From Vermamoeba vermiformis (lineage: Eukaryota), in NCBI GenBank assembly GCA_045837725.1, contig JBEWZL010000080.1:1-64000 (forward strand): 64,000 bases of DNA, written 5' to 3'. The translations under genes and the position numbers were made by a program. This document shows positions 50,009 through 61,453 of the stretch, one piece after another (the stretch's first letter is position 1; every line of letters starts with the position of its first letter). The notes under the pieces are model-generated. The model saw nothing but the letters and a program-made list of their open reading frames with translations. It had not been told where the DNA came from and did not search any database.

Positions 50009-51860
50009 CTAAAGATATGACTGAAAATTTTATTATGGTTCATCAAGGAAAATCATTTGCGCATTACTACTACAATGCAACTCGAGTAAGCACCTTTGAA
50101 AAGTTTATATAACGACAAACAAAAGTTATTGACCTTCGTTTTTCAGGCGGAGTTCATAGATCGAATTGGCTATGAATACATTACCTCGACACCAGCACCA
50201 GATTTTCAATGGCCGCCAATAGCTCAGCCTATTCTTTCTAAGCGTATGTGCAATCAGTTGAAAAGTAGTAGTTTTTTATTTGACTTTATGGCTAGTTGAC
50301 AACATCGTGCTGTACCCCAAAGGTATCAGCGGATCCAACGTGTACTTTGAAGGACGTAAATGGGGCACGTGGGAAGTTAAAGTCACCGGCAGAATGCCTA
50401 AAGGCGTTGTATTTAGCGCCAACGCTAATGTCACTGTAAGTTCAGGTTTCGGTCAACTTTCCTAATATGGAAAGAGACTGACACTAGCATGTATAGGGTG
50501 TGCCAATCTACGGTAACAATTGCGAGATTGCCATCGTGCACGACAACAAGTTGTACGGGTTGAGACCGCTGCCCATCCAAAACGTCGTGCCAATCTTCGA
50601 GTGTTACAATCCTGATACTGGCATTGCGTTCTTTTCGTACAACAACCTGGAACAAAACGCATTCGTGATCCCTCTGACACAAGACCGTAACTCTTTCACG
50701 CCAGTAAGTTTGCTGCTAGCGATAAAACCTCAATTTTGCTAATTTTTTGACAGTATTCGACACCAATTGAAGATTTCGATGTGGGCCGTGGACCAATCTA
50801 TCCGTTATCAGTACAGTTTAACGTTGGCAAGAACCTTCAAGGATATCATTATTGGGCCTTAGAATCGTCTACTGTCCCTATTCCTTTTGGCGACAGTAGT
50901 CTTATTTGTCCGACGAGTATGTGCAAATTTTTTGGTCCACACGAGTCTCATTTCTTTTTCCAGCTATCAATTTCGTTATCAAGCTGCGTGCTGATGGCCA
51001 ATTCCCCTCAGGATTCGGCGAAGTTGTTCGAAGCAAATTAGTTTCAGTGACGGGAATCAGTGACGCTCGTGTGACACTTGTCGAAGAAACGAAACTTCAA
51101 TCAAGCTGATTCAACTCTTGAAGCCGAGTTAGCTATTGCCCCAGGTACCTACTATCACATATATATTGCCACAATGTTAACGGGTCTGGTTGTAGATCAA
51201 CAGAACGTCGAAGAACAGCCCGCTGAAGTCGTCCAAAAATTCGTTGCAAATCAACAAGACGAATTTGTTCAACAAGTCAATACTGATACTAGTGCACCAC
51301 AGAATGTTACAGTTGAAAGTAAGCAGGATTTTGTGATGTGAATCTGACGGATCTGTTGCTAATTTTCATCGCTTAAGGTTTAAACGGCAAAGAGCTTAGC
51401 GGTCAAATCGTTGGTATCAAAGACTATGTCCCGTCACCTAGTGCCTCGGTCTCGCCAAGTGGTTCGCCGAGAAGTTCATCTGGGCCTTCATCAAACGCGC
51501 CAGCTACCTCTGATGCAACTATTGCCTTGCCGAGATTTTGGTCTGAGATTTGTCTTTGCACCGTTTTTCTGGTGTTTTTAAATATGTAAAACGATATCAA
51601 CAACTATAGTACTGCGAGCCTTGGTAACCCACGCAGATAAAAGCTCGTAATGACGAACTTGACCAATTTGAAAGTATTAAGAGCATTAAAAAGATGTCAT
51701 GATTCGTGACGATAATTTAACCCACTTCATGTCACTACAAAGACTTTCGTTCGACAGGCAATCCCTGATCAAAATTCGAACGAGACATTTTTTGACAGGA
51801 GAAGCACCAAATGAACACAATTGAAACAAAAACAATTGCCGACAAGAAGCAGTACCAGAA

Positions 51861-52927
51861 ATGAAAAGGAAGGTGGATGAGAATAGCGACGATACAACGT
51901 CCCAAGAGAAAAAGAAAAGACGAATTGAAGGTTCAATGGATCTAGGTAAGGAGAACAAAAAACTTGATTTATTAAACTAAAAATACTCGCTTTTATTTTC
52001 CGCATAAATGAGATTAACTTTAATTATTCGAAAGTCCTTCCAGATCTGCCCGTTGAAATTTGGCAAACAATCCTTGGCACCGACATACCATTAGGAGAAT
52101 ATGATATGAAAATTGCATTGAAGGAGCAACGGCAATTGCGATTAGCATCAAAATCAATCAACGCAATGATTGTTAAGATCTGGCATTCAATTAGTTCATC
52201 CATGTGGCCTCAATTCTATCAAAAACACATGAAAGATATGCCAAACGAAAAATTTGTGCCATTCTATACGAAGTAAGTCCTATCGCCATGAAATTCTCGG
52301 AAAACGAGTCGATCTCGATCTCCAGCCATCTTTTTTACCTGCTTTTCCAGAATGAAGATATTCAGCTGTACATACGTCAGCTGTAGTGACGAGAAACCGA
52401 AATTTAAGAGCGTAAAGTGCCCTGTATGCAAGACCAAGCTCAAAAATTTAACGCTTGAAAACGAAGATATTTTCGTAAGCTGTGAAAATTGCACCAAGAA
52501 TTACGGAACGGAACTGAAATGGAAACTTTATTATTCGATATACGAATGCAAGGTTTGCAAGAAGGAAACGCCATTCCAAGCTTTCGAATGCGAAGCTTGC
52601 AATGAAAGTTTTTGTTGGAGCTGCGCGGAGGAGGTTCAATATCTAGGTCCCGTGGATGGCAATTACGCCAGAAAGTACTGCAAAGAGTGTGTCGAGGAGT
52701 GCGATCATTGTGACGGGGAAATGGGCACCGTAAGCCTCCTTGAACTTTAACCATTACAATCTGTTGCTAAAAGCAGTCTTTTTTCTGAACAGACGGAAGG
52801 CGAGTGTGACCGGTGCAAATTGCCGCAATGTGAAGTGTGCGAGACATATCAAGAGTGCGAGAACAGCATTGAAGAAAGTGGTGAGGATAGTGATCGTAGT
52901 GGCAGTGATGAAGAACCATCGGACTAG
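51861..52927 (+). CDS. F-box protein with multiple CxxC motifs and an acidic tail
   Basis: NLS-like MKRK...KKRR; LPDLPVEIWQTIL..LRLASKSINAMI; CPVC, CENC, CKVC, CEAC, CWSC, CKEC, CDHC, CDRC. Confidence 0.75.
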
Positions 52928-53233
52928 GACCGAAAGAAAAAGACGAACAAAGGCATCCGGGGGAAGAAAAAGACGAACAAAGGCATCTTTTACGTGTGTT
53001 ATTGCACAATTTCGTCCGGAATAAAGAAAAGTTCGGATCCGGCGCGAATCACAAAGAATTAATTTTGTATTCTTCGTATTTCAATTCTTTGTCGAAATTC
53101 ATCGTTATACTATCTGAGTTTTCATTGATGACATAGAATAGGCGCATTACTAATAGAAATCTAGAGCCTATTCTTGAAGCGAAATTATTTAAACAAGAGT
53201 GCGGTTGAAAGTATTTCGTAACAAAGTAACAAC

Positions 53234-53842
53234 ATGAACACAACAAAAGTACTTATCTTAATTTCACTCTTGGCTATCTCTGCAGCCACTCTCGTAGACG
53301 AAGCCAAGCACATGATCGATGAACACATAGCTACTGTTTCTCCTCTGATTGCACTTGCCGAGGATGCTCTTATCAAAGGTGAATTCATCGGTGACATTCG
53401 AAGTACGGTCCTTAGCGTACTCGAGCCACTTGCAAAAGAAGAAGCTGCAATGTATGAAAAATTGACTCCTGACCAACGATGGGAGGTCCACTTGCACGCG
53501 CAACACCGAATGTCTAGCACTGGGTCCTTAGCCACTAGCACCGGCAAAACCTTCCGAGACAAATACTACGACTCTATGGAGAAGATTGGCATTCCTGTTT
53601 TCAGTAACGTCCCTACTCAAGCCACGTTCTCGTTCAACGGCACAAAAAATTCGACCAAGACAGCAGCCCTAGAAGGAATCAAAAGAGCTTACATCATTGG
53701 TTTCATCGTTTGTCATCGCCGCTGCTGCGCTAACAACGTTGGTAACGGAGTCGCGCCATGCGGCGGCCCTGGAGATTGTTATCACGGCTTTCCTGTCATT
53801 AGTGACAGCTGCCCGCCTTGTTCTTGGTGCCCTTTAGGTTAA
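53234..53842 (+). CDS. Intronless secreted precursor: signal + prodomain + KR + 8-Cys peptide
   Basis: MNTTKVLILISLLAISAA; ...GIKR|AYIIGFIVCHRRCCANNVGNGVAPCGGPGDCYHGFPVISDSCPPCSWCPLG. Confidence 0.8.
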   Translation: MNTTKVLILISLLAISAATLVDEAKHMIDEHIATVSPLIALAEDALIKGEFIGDIRSTVLSVLEPLAKEEAAMYEKLTPDQRWEVHLHAQHRMSSTGSLATSTGKTFRDKYYDSMEKIGIPVFSNVPTQATFSFNGTKNSTKTAALEGIKRAYIIGFIVCHRRCCANNVGNGVAPCGGPGDCYHGFPVISDSCPPCSWCPLG

Positions 53843-53918
53843 AAATGTAGCTCCTTTTCGATACAAATAAATAGCTCCTTTTGTGTCGAGCTCGGTGTTA
53901 GTAACATTTTTATTATTT

Positions 53919-56072
53919 CTAAGAATAATTTACTTCCGCGTCATTCAAAGCAACGCTCATAACGGCCTTATGATGACCAGTGTACGTTCGAATAGTTTCA
54001 CCTTGTTGCAAGTCCCAGAGTCTGCTTGAATGATCGGATGATGCTAATAAAAATGCTATTAGTTCATAATCGATAAGTCATTCATCAGGGCCTTTAAATG
54101 GTTCGAATCAAATTGGTGCTTGATGGCAATTTGACACGTGTCAAAACAAATCGGTAGTTAACAAATATCGCTCATATATTGAGCACTATTAATTAACGAC
54201 ATCTATTATACGATGTACTATATAAATACGCTATTTGGTTTCACGAGGAAACGATAGCGTAACTCAAAGTACGTGATCCACAACGATAAAAATTTCATGC
54301 TAAGGTCCTATCGCGAGAATGATAGAATCGTTATTGTGTAATTACCTGTAATTAAATAGGCAGAGTCCGATGAAAACACGCAGTCCCAGACCCATCGTTG
54401 ATGACCCGTCAATAATTTGTTCAATTCATATGTATTGTTCAATTGTACTTCGACTGTTGTTCGTGGATTTAACTCGTCATCGTCGTCAACGCGTTCAACG
54501 TAGTTAATGCCCGTGTGCCACACTTTGACTGTGTGGTCCGCTGATGTTGTTGCGAGTAGCCTAAAAACACCATCGAAATATCAGTATGATAAGATTTAAT
54601 AAGGTTAATAGTATTATAGTATCATAATAGGACTTAGGTAATATATAATAATTTGCGAAATGAAACTAAGCATTATACAGGCAAAAATAGATGCGGATCA
54701 CCGGATGCAGATCCGATTTTTTTCTTGATTATCTCGCATTCTATAGTGTTCTTAAATACACTAATACTATACGTACTTAGAATCAGGACTAAATTGTGCT
54801 TTCAACACGTATCTCTTGTGTGCCTCCCACTTCTGATCGAGTGCCGCTTGTGCAATGTCGCCTTGACGGAAACTGTAACCATAGCACATGCCTATATAAT
54901 AAAAAATCATTAATTAATACCTGCTATATATCACTTGCTTATATATTAAATAGTGAATTACCTCTGTTGTTAGCGATAACACAATGCGAGCCTAATGAAT
55001 TAATTGTAATTGAACGGATTGGTGTGTCATCATCTGGTAACTATAAAAAAGTATCAGTATTAGTACTATTATTTTGATTTATAAATAACAATAAGGTTTG
55101 AAAATAAAAGAGTTGAGTAAGACTCGATCGGGATCTTCAGCTTGATCCAAGAGGCTACAAAATTTGTTGTGCTCATTATTATTTAGCTCTATATTATCGT
55201 AGAGGTATTAACTTACAAATTCAGAGGTACATTCGTTGGTTCCAATATCATAAACTCGAATAACTCCATTTTGATAGCCGCAAATAAATTCTTCTTGATT
55301 AGGATGCAATGCGACAGTAGTGCATGGCTCAGTATAGGTAAATTCGCGTGAATGTGCATTAGGAGATCTATAGCAAGCATTTAAATCGAAATTAAGCTCT
55401 TTCAAGTTTGATCGGATTTGGTTTCGAAATTGAATTTGCTTAGAGAAACGTTTAAAGACTAATCGTCTCGTGCGTACAATGATAATGGTATTTTGATATA
55501 AATATATGGTATTGATTTAATTACGAACAATATCTAAGCGTAGATTCGTACCTGATATCCCAGATCTTGACTGTGCCGTCTTCAGCTGCTGAATAAAACC
55601 ATTGACCTTCTTTATGAAAGCCTAATGATGTTATATTGCCTTTGTGACCATTATAAGTGGATATCTAAAGCGAAAATCAGATCCGATCAGTTACAGCATC
55701 CATTAATTTTCAGTATCAATCGAATAACATTAATAAATACTTACCGCTTGAGGATTGTTGCCTCCAACTTCAAATAATTTAATTTGAGGGTTACCACCAG
55801 CGATGATATATTGTTTATTAGGAGATATTTCGATTTTATTGATTTGCTGCCATAGAAAATTAATTAGTCCTCTCTAATAATACCTATATATTATTTACAG
55901 TAATAATTGATAATTATTTGGAATTTTACGCGACTAGAATAATTTTCACAATTTATTTTTTTTTACTTACGGATTCGGCAAACTGTAGAGTTCTATAGCA
56001 ATAACCAGTAGGTACTTCCCACAATCTAATAGTATGGTCATATCCTGCGGTAGCTAAAATTACACTAGGCAT
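53919..56072 (-). CDS. LST8: TOR complex subunit LST8 (WD40)
   Basis: [69 protein letters not shown]. Confidence 0.95.
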
Positions 56073-56397
56073 CGTAGCTTCGTCCAATAAAATAATGAAC
56101 TTCCAATGTACAACGCGTATAGATATCTAATGTATACAAAACACCTAGCGAATATATACAGGTGGTGTCTAGTCTAAAAAAACAGAAATAAGTGAACAAC
56201 ACGTCAACGAAAGGCACTCCCCAAAATTTTGCAACGGTTCCGAACGTAAAAAAGGGTCATTTCGAATATTTATTGTTCAAAATAAAGATATTGGTTGCTA
56301 AAGCCTTTTTATTAACCAAATAAAGTCTTTTTTGCCTCAAGAATAAAGAGCGCACCTGCCGGCTCAAAAAGAATAATGGATTACAGCTGGTCCAGCG

Positions 56398-58019
56398 TTA
56401 CATTAACAATTCATTGATGGCTCTATTCATCTTCTCTTTAAGTGCCTCGTGTTCGGTTAACAACTGTTTGTACTTGCCATTCACATCGTTCAATTCCGTC
56501 TGCAATTTCGCGATCTGCGCGTCTTTGTGGCTATCGTTATCGTTATCATTGCGTTCTTTTGTTGTAAATGTAATAATGTCGCTATTTTTAAGCTCCATAA
56601 CGTCATAATCATCTTCAATATCAACATCGTCCGTCTTGATCGACAAGAGATCTTGTTCGGAGACATCAAAAGTGGCTGCAATATTTCTTTTAAGCATATT
56701 GATTAGATCATTCTGTATATAACTGTCTTTTGCCAATGAAACGACCATCGCTCGCCATCCATCATTTCCTCGTCGAACTTTAAAAATTGAATCTTTTTTG
56801 GTTAGATCAATGTCATGCATAAACCACTTTTCTTCCGAGAAAATATCATCTAGTCCACATAAATAATGTTCTGAATGGAATCCCCAGCCCCATCCTGCTT
56901 CTACGAGTGATTTGTAACCAGGGCAGATCGAGTACTTAACGTTGTACAAGCCAGGATACAATGGGACCGATGGCTCCCATGCAATACTGTACCGGCCCTT
57001 TTCACCTTTTATAACGAATTTTCCTTCTATCAGTTGCTCTTTGTCATTCAGGATCTGAGATCCAAAAGTTAAATAACTCGATTAATTTAAAAAAATTACA
57101 ACTTACTTGAGCAATGCCGGCAACGCTCGAAAGAATTTTTTGTGGGTTTGGTATAAATCCTTGAGTAGACGCAAACGGCAGTTCGATAAAAGAATGACGA
57201 CCAGGTCCGGAACATTTCGCATTGAACCGTAGACTTTCGTGACCTTGTCCACGTAATCTTATCACCAAATGGAGCGTGCTTTCTATAAATTTCGTTACAG
57301 CCGACGGTGTGAGTATACTGATAGTAATTACCCTTCGTAATGTTGTAGTCTTCAATAGTTCTATTGTCTTCAAGTTGCTTTCCGGCAAATATCAATTTTT
57401 GTTGGTCTGGCGGTATTCCTTCTTTATTTTGAATCTAATATTAAAAATAAGTATTACTATATGTATAATAATTTATTTGGTAGGTTTTCAATACTGACCG
57501 CTTGTTTTATACTGAAGATGGGTTGGGACAAATCCACTTCAAGCGTGACCGTTTTGCCAGTTAGAGTCTAACAATGTATTAGCCCACCATAAGATGTAGT
57601 CATTTCTGTACCTTTAAGAAGACCTACAGAGACGTTAGCCGTTGGATCAAGATCGCAAACGAAATTCAATTCCAGAATTAATGTATCAAGTGTAATACAA
57701 AATATTATTGTTTTGTACCTGCACTGTTATTTCAGCGTTAGGATTAACGCACTGGATTGAGGCGTAATTTTTTAATCGCCCCACATCTCCGTCCTCCAGT
57801 ATTCTTCCATTAAAATACCATTCACAATCTATAAAGCTTCTAATTTAATTTTAACGATATGTTTTTAATATCGTGGGACTTACTGGCCCAGAATTGCCTA
57901 TGATTTTTACGCAGAAAATCTTTTAGCTGCGATACAGATTTCTTAGACGCGGCAAACTCGACCTTGTTAAACCTATTAGCGAATACTAAATATAAGGCAC
58001 GATCTTCTACTAGCGCCAT
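56398..58019 (-). CDS. Protein with an integral ubiquitin domain and a C-terminal coiled coil
   Basis: [17 protein letters not shown]..|[47 protein letters not shown]; a degenerate UBL-like segment precedes it. Confidence 0.85.
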
Positions 58020-58136
58020 TGTGTTTGTGTTTCTTTGGCGTTCGTGAAAAAAACAGCTCTTTTTCTTTTGGCGTTTTTGTCGGATTTTTTAAGTCATAAG
58101 TGCACAATAGGACCCATATTATTTATGATTCGATCA

Positions 58137-61100
58137 ATGAACAATAAAGTGGTCCTGTCGCTCGTGATCTTCTGCATGATCTGCGTCTCTCAGATCTTGC
58201 CAGCAGATGCAGCGCACGTATTCGATGTACATAGAATGGTACAATATGATAAAGAGGGAGTACATTACGGACCTCAAAAGACTACATTGAATTTATTGGC
58301 AGCGACTTTGAAAGCGTCATCCGAATCTTGGTCAAAATTAGTCATTGTCACTCCTGTTGATCAATTTGATGAAGCTACTTATCAAAAGGTAATTTTATGT
58401 GCAATATTATCGAGCCCTCTAGTTAATTTAATTTTATAAAATAATTGTAGATATTTTTTTTGGCTCGACATCTGGCCTACTTTTCCACAAATATTTAACG
58501 CGTTAATTTATGCCAATTATTGTATAAATAATTTAGAAGAACAGGAATAAGACGTGAAACTAATTTGAAAATTTTTTCAGCTTGTGGACAAGAAAGCTGG
58601 CGGATTGCTTTTGTTGCTTCCTGCGCAGGTAAAAATGCTTAATAATTTTAAATATAACATTTGTTACACGTGTGGCTATTCATTTATCATCTCGGAGATG
58701 AGCATAAGTTCATGAAAGAAAACATTTTGGATCGAGGCTGGTGATCTGCCCGTCTAAATCGTTTGCAACTTGTATTTATAATATTTTCTATGTAGAATTC
58801 TTCGAACACTGGTTCATCCAGCAAATGGACCGCTGAAACCGAGCGTTTTTTGTTGCAGCAAACTATTCCGTTCCCCGTGTACTTTGCATACAGCTCTGAA
58901 GAACTCAACAAGCTTTATCAAGTAAGCACCTTATTACATAATTTTTGCTATACACAGCCACGACGACTTGTTTTGTTCCGTCAACTAGATCCGCTTTTTT
59001 TCGAGGCTTCCAGCCCGTGGAACTCTTAAAATTGAGCCGCTTAAATTATATTTGAATAAGTTCTAATATGGATAGTATATCAGCATGTTTGCTATTCGTA
59101 AATTTGTTAAACTATTGCGAAATAGTTAGATCTCAGGAGTACTGACTTTTTCGCATAAGGAAATCGACAAGACCTCAGTCTCGACGGACAAGGACCAAAA
59201 GAGTTCATCCTCTTGGACAGCTGTGCTCGATCCCAAAGAGTACCGTCTCGTCGTCAATTTGCGCGAGAGCAAACTTGTCAGCACTAGCCGCGATGTCTTC
59301 GCCACTAACATTCAGGTACGAACTTAGTTGTGCATTTACATTGATACTACACGGCATAATATGCAACAATAGGGCTTATAATAATTATGTTTGCATAGTA
59401 TTGAAATATATGCTTAAACAAGCAAGTTTATTATTTTCGCAAAGGCGGATGTGGATGCGTTTTTTTGAGGGCAATTTATTTATATTTACTATCCGTTTAT
59501 TATATTTATATAAGGTGCCTAGTGCTAATGACATTGTAGGGTTGGTTGGCTGGAGTCGGCACTAGCAGCGTGAACGAAGAGTTGAAAAACGCGAGTGACG
59601 AGGGTGCTGATGAAGAGGACGCTCGATTGCCCGAAAAGGAAAAAGAAGAATCGAGTTCTTCGACCAAGAAATCTACGAAGAAAAAGACGAAGAAGAGTCC
59701 TAAGACTGAATCGAACAAGTCTATCAATGCTATGTTGCCGACTATTGCTCTTGTGGCCCGATACGACGGCATCAATACTGCACCTGTAAGCACTTTAATT
59801 CCTAGAATACTATTATAATATGCTTCGTCCATATTAAGAAAATGAACTAGAATTATTTACGACGAAATTTAAATTTTTGAAAATTTTGACCACGTTACTC
59901 GTGCTACTTTTTGCATTATGTGCCAGATCCTAATTTGACTATTTTGTTCAGAGTCTCAACAGCGGTGCAGACGACAACGGCAGCGGTGTAGTCTCTGTCT
60001 TGGAATTGGCACGCTTGTTCAGCAAATTGTACGCGAGCAGTGAAAAGAACGCTGGTCGATACAACTTGTTGTTCTTGTTGACTGCTGGTGATAGCGTTAA
60101 TTATGCTGGTAGGTGCTTTAAGCATGCTACGAATACATGCACTCATAATCTTATTTCGATTTAAATTATTTGTCTAATTTTAGATCGAACTTTTGATCTG
60201 AAATGGAATACGGAACGCGTCTAAATTGAAATCGAATATGATATTTTGTTATTAATTACTCTGTATTCCTTTAGGTACCAAGTACTGGTTAGACAACACT
60301 GACGAGAAGATCTTGGACAACATTGAATTCGTGCTGTCTCTGGACTCGTTGATGGGCGCAAAGGACGGTGCTAACTTGTTTGTTTCGAGACCTCCTAAGC
60401 AAAAACATATTATCAAGTTGTACAACGTAAGTAGAGCTACTGAAAAATTTACCAGATCGGATCTGCATCTGCTACTTTCTGCTATCATTGTGAACGTTGG
60501 AGATTACTGACGTTGGTTCATGAACCAGGATTTCACTGAAACTGCCAAGGCTCACGGACTCCAATTCGAAGTGGTGCAAAAGAAGATCAACAACTCGCAG
60601 TGGGACGTCAACTGGCAACACGAGCGCTTTTCACGTCAAAGAATCGCTGCCGGCACTATTTCATCCCATGCTGCCGCTGTTCCTATCAACTTGCGCGGTG
60701 GCTTGTTTGATGACACGTAAGTACTTGGCAGCTATATGCATATACTAGCTCATCTACATAATACATCGAATACGAGTGGTACTACGTTGTCTGGATCTGG
60801 TCGGATCCGTTCTACTTTTTCCAACTTTTTTTCCGTACTAATGCACGGTTATCGTTAGTCGTCATGCGAATATCGATCGTTTGGCAAAGAACATCAAATT
60901 TGTTGCTGAGTCATTGGCCAAGTACATTTACGGCACTGACACTCAGACCAACATCTTCGAAGGTTCGTTGGCTGTTGACAATCAATTCATTGGCGCTTGG
61001 CTCGAGACTTTGGCCTCGTACCCGCGCATGTTCCCGTTCACTGAAAAGAACCACACGATCATCTCCGGATTGGAGCGAACATTGAGCCAGTACACGACTG

Positions 61101-61387
61101 ACGTCTCCCGTCAAACTTTCACCCTCGCTACTTCGAGCGATGAAATTGCTTTCTACGACAGCACGAGCGGACAAATGACTGCATTTAAGTCCAAGCCGTT
61201 CTATTTTGACATGTTCATCTCCGTCGGTGTTTTGGCTTACGGTGCCGTTCTCTATATTCTGATCAGAGTACGTAATGTGACATTGACAGGTGTCATAGTA
61301 GTTCTAACTATTCATTTTTAGGGTTTTGGTGGTGCCATGAGCGATTTGTTGGGCTTGTTTGGCGCAGGAAAAGTGAAAAAAGCGTAA
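58137..61387 (+). CDS. NCLN: Nicalin (M28-fold ER membrane protein)
   Basis: AHVFDVHRMVQYD, LPTIALVARYD, GADDNGSGVVSVLELARLFSKLY, KKIN..WQHERFS, C-terminal TM helix. Confidence 0.93.
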
Positions 61388-61453
61388 AAAATCATAATAA
61401 ATTTTAATATTTTAATACAGAATTCACTATTTTGGACCATGGTCGGTTCTCCT

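Larger units (their letters stand above)
38380..51589 (+). pseudogene. GPI-type surface protein family, paralog 4, disrupted by a DNA transposon and a frameshift
   Basis: EVLANSGYPCLGGNAQR start. The exon ...GGIDGLSKD|MTENFIMVHQGKSF rejoins in frame when 39608-50016 is removed. Extra frameshift near 51080. Confidence 0.85.

Noticed and set aside
52934-52987. 24-bp direct repeat AAGAAAAAGACGAACAAAGGCATC x2
   Set aside because: Local duplication in a 3' UTR with only two units and no associated element.
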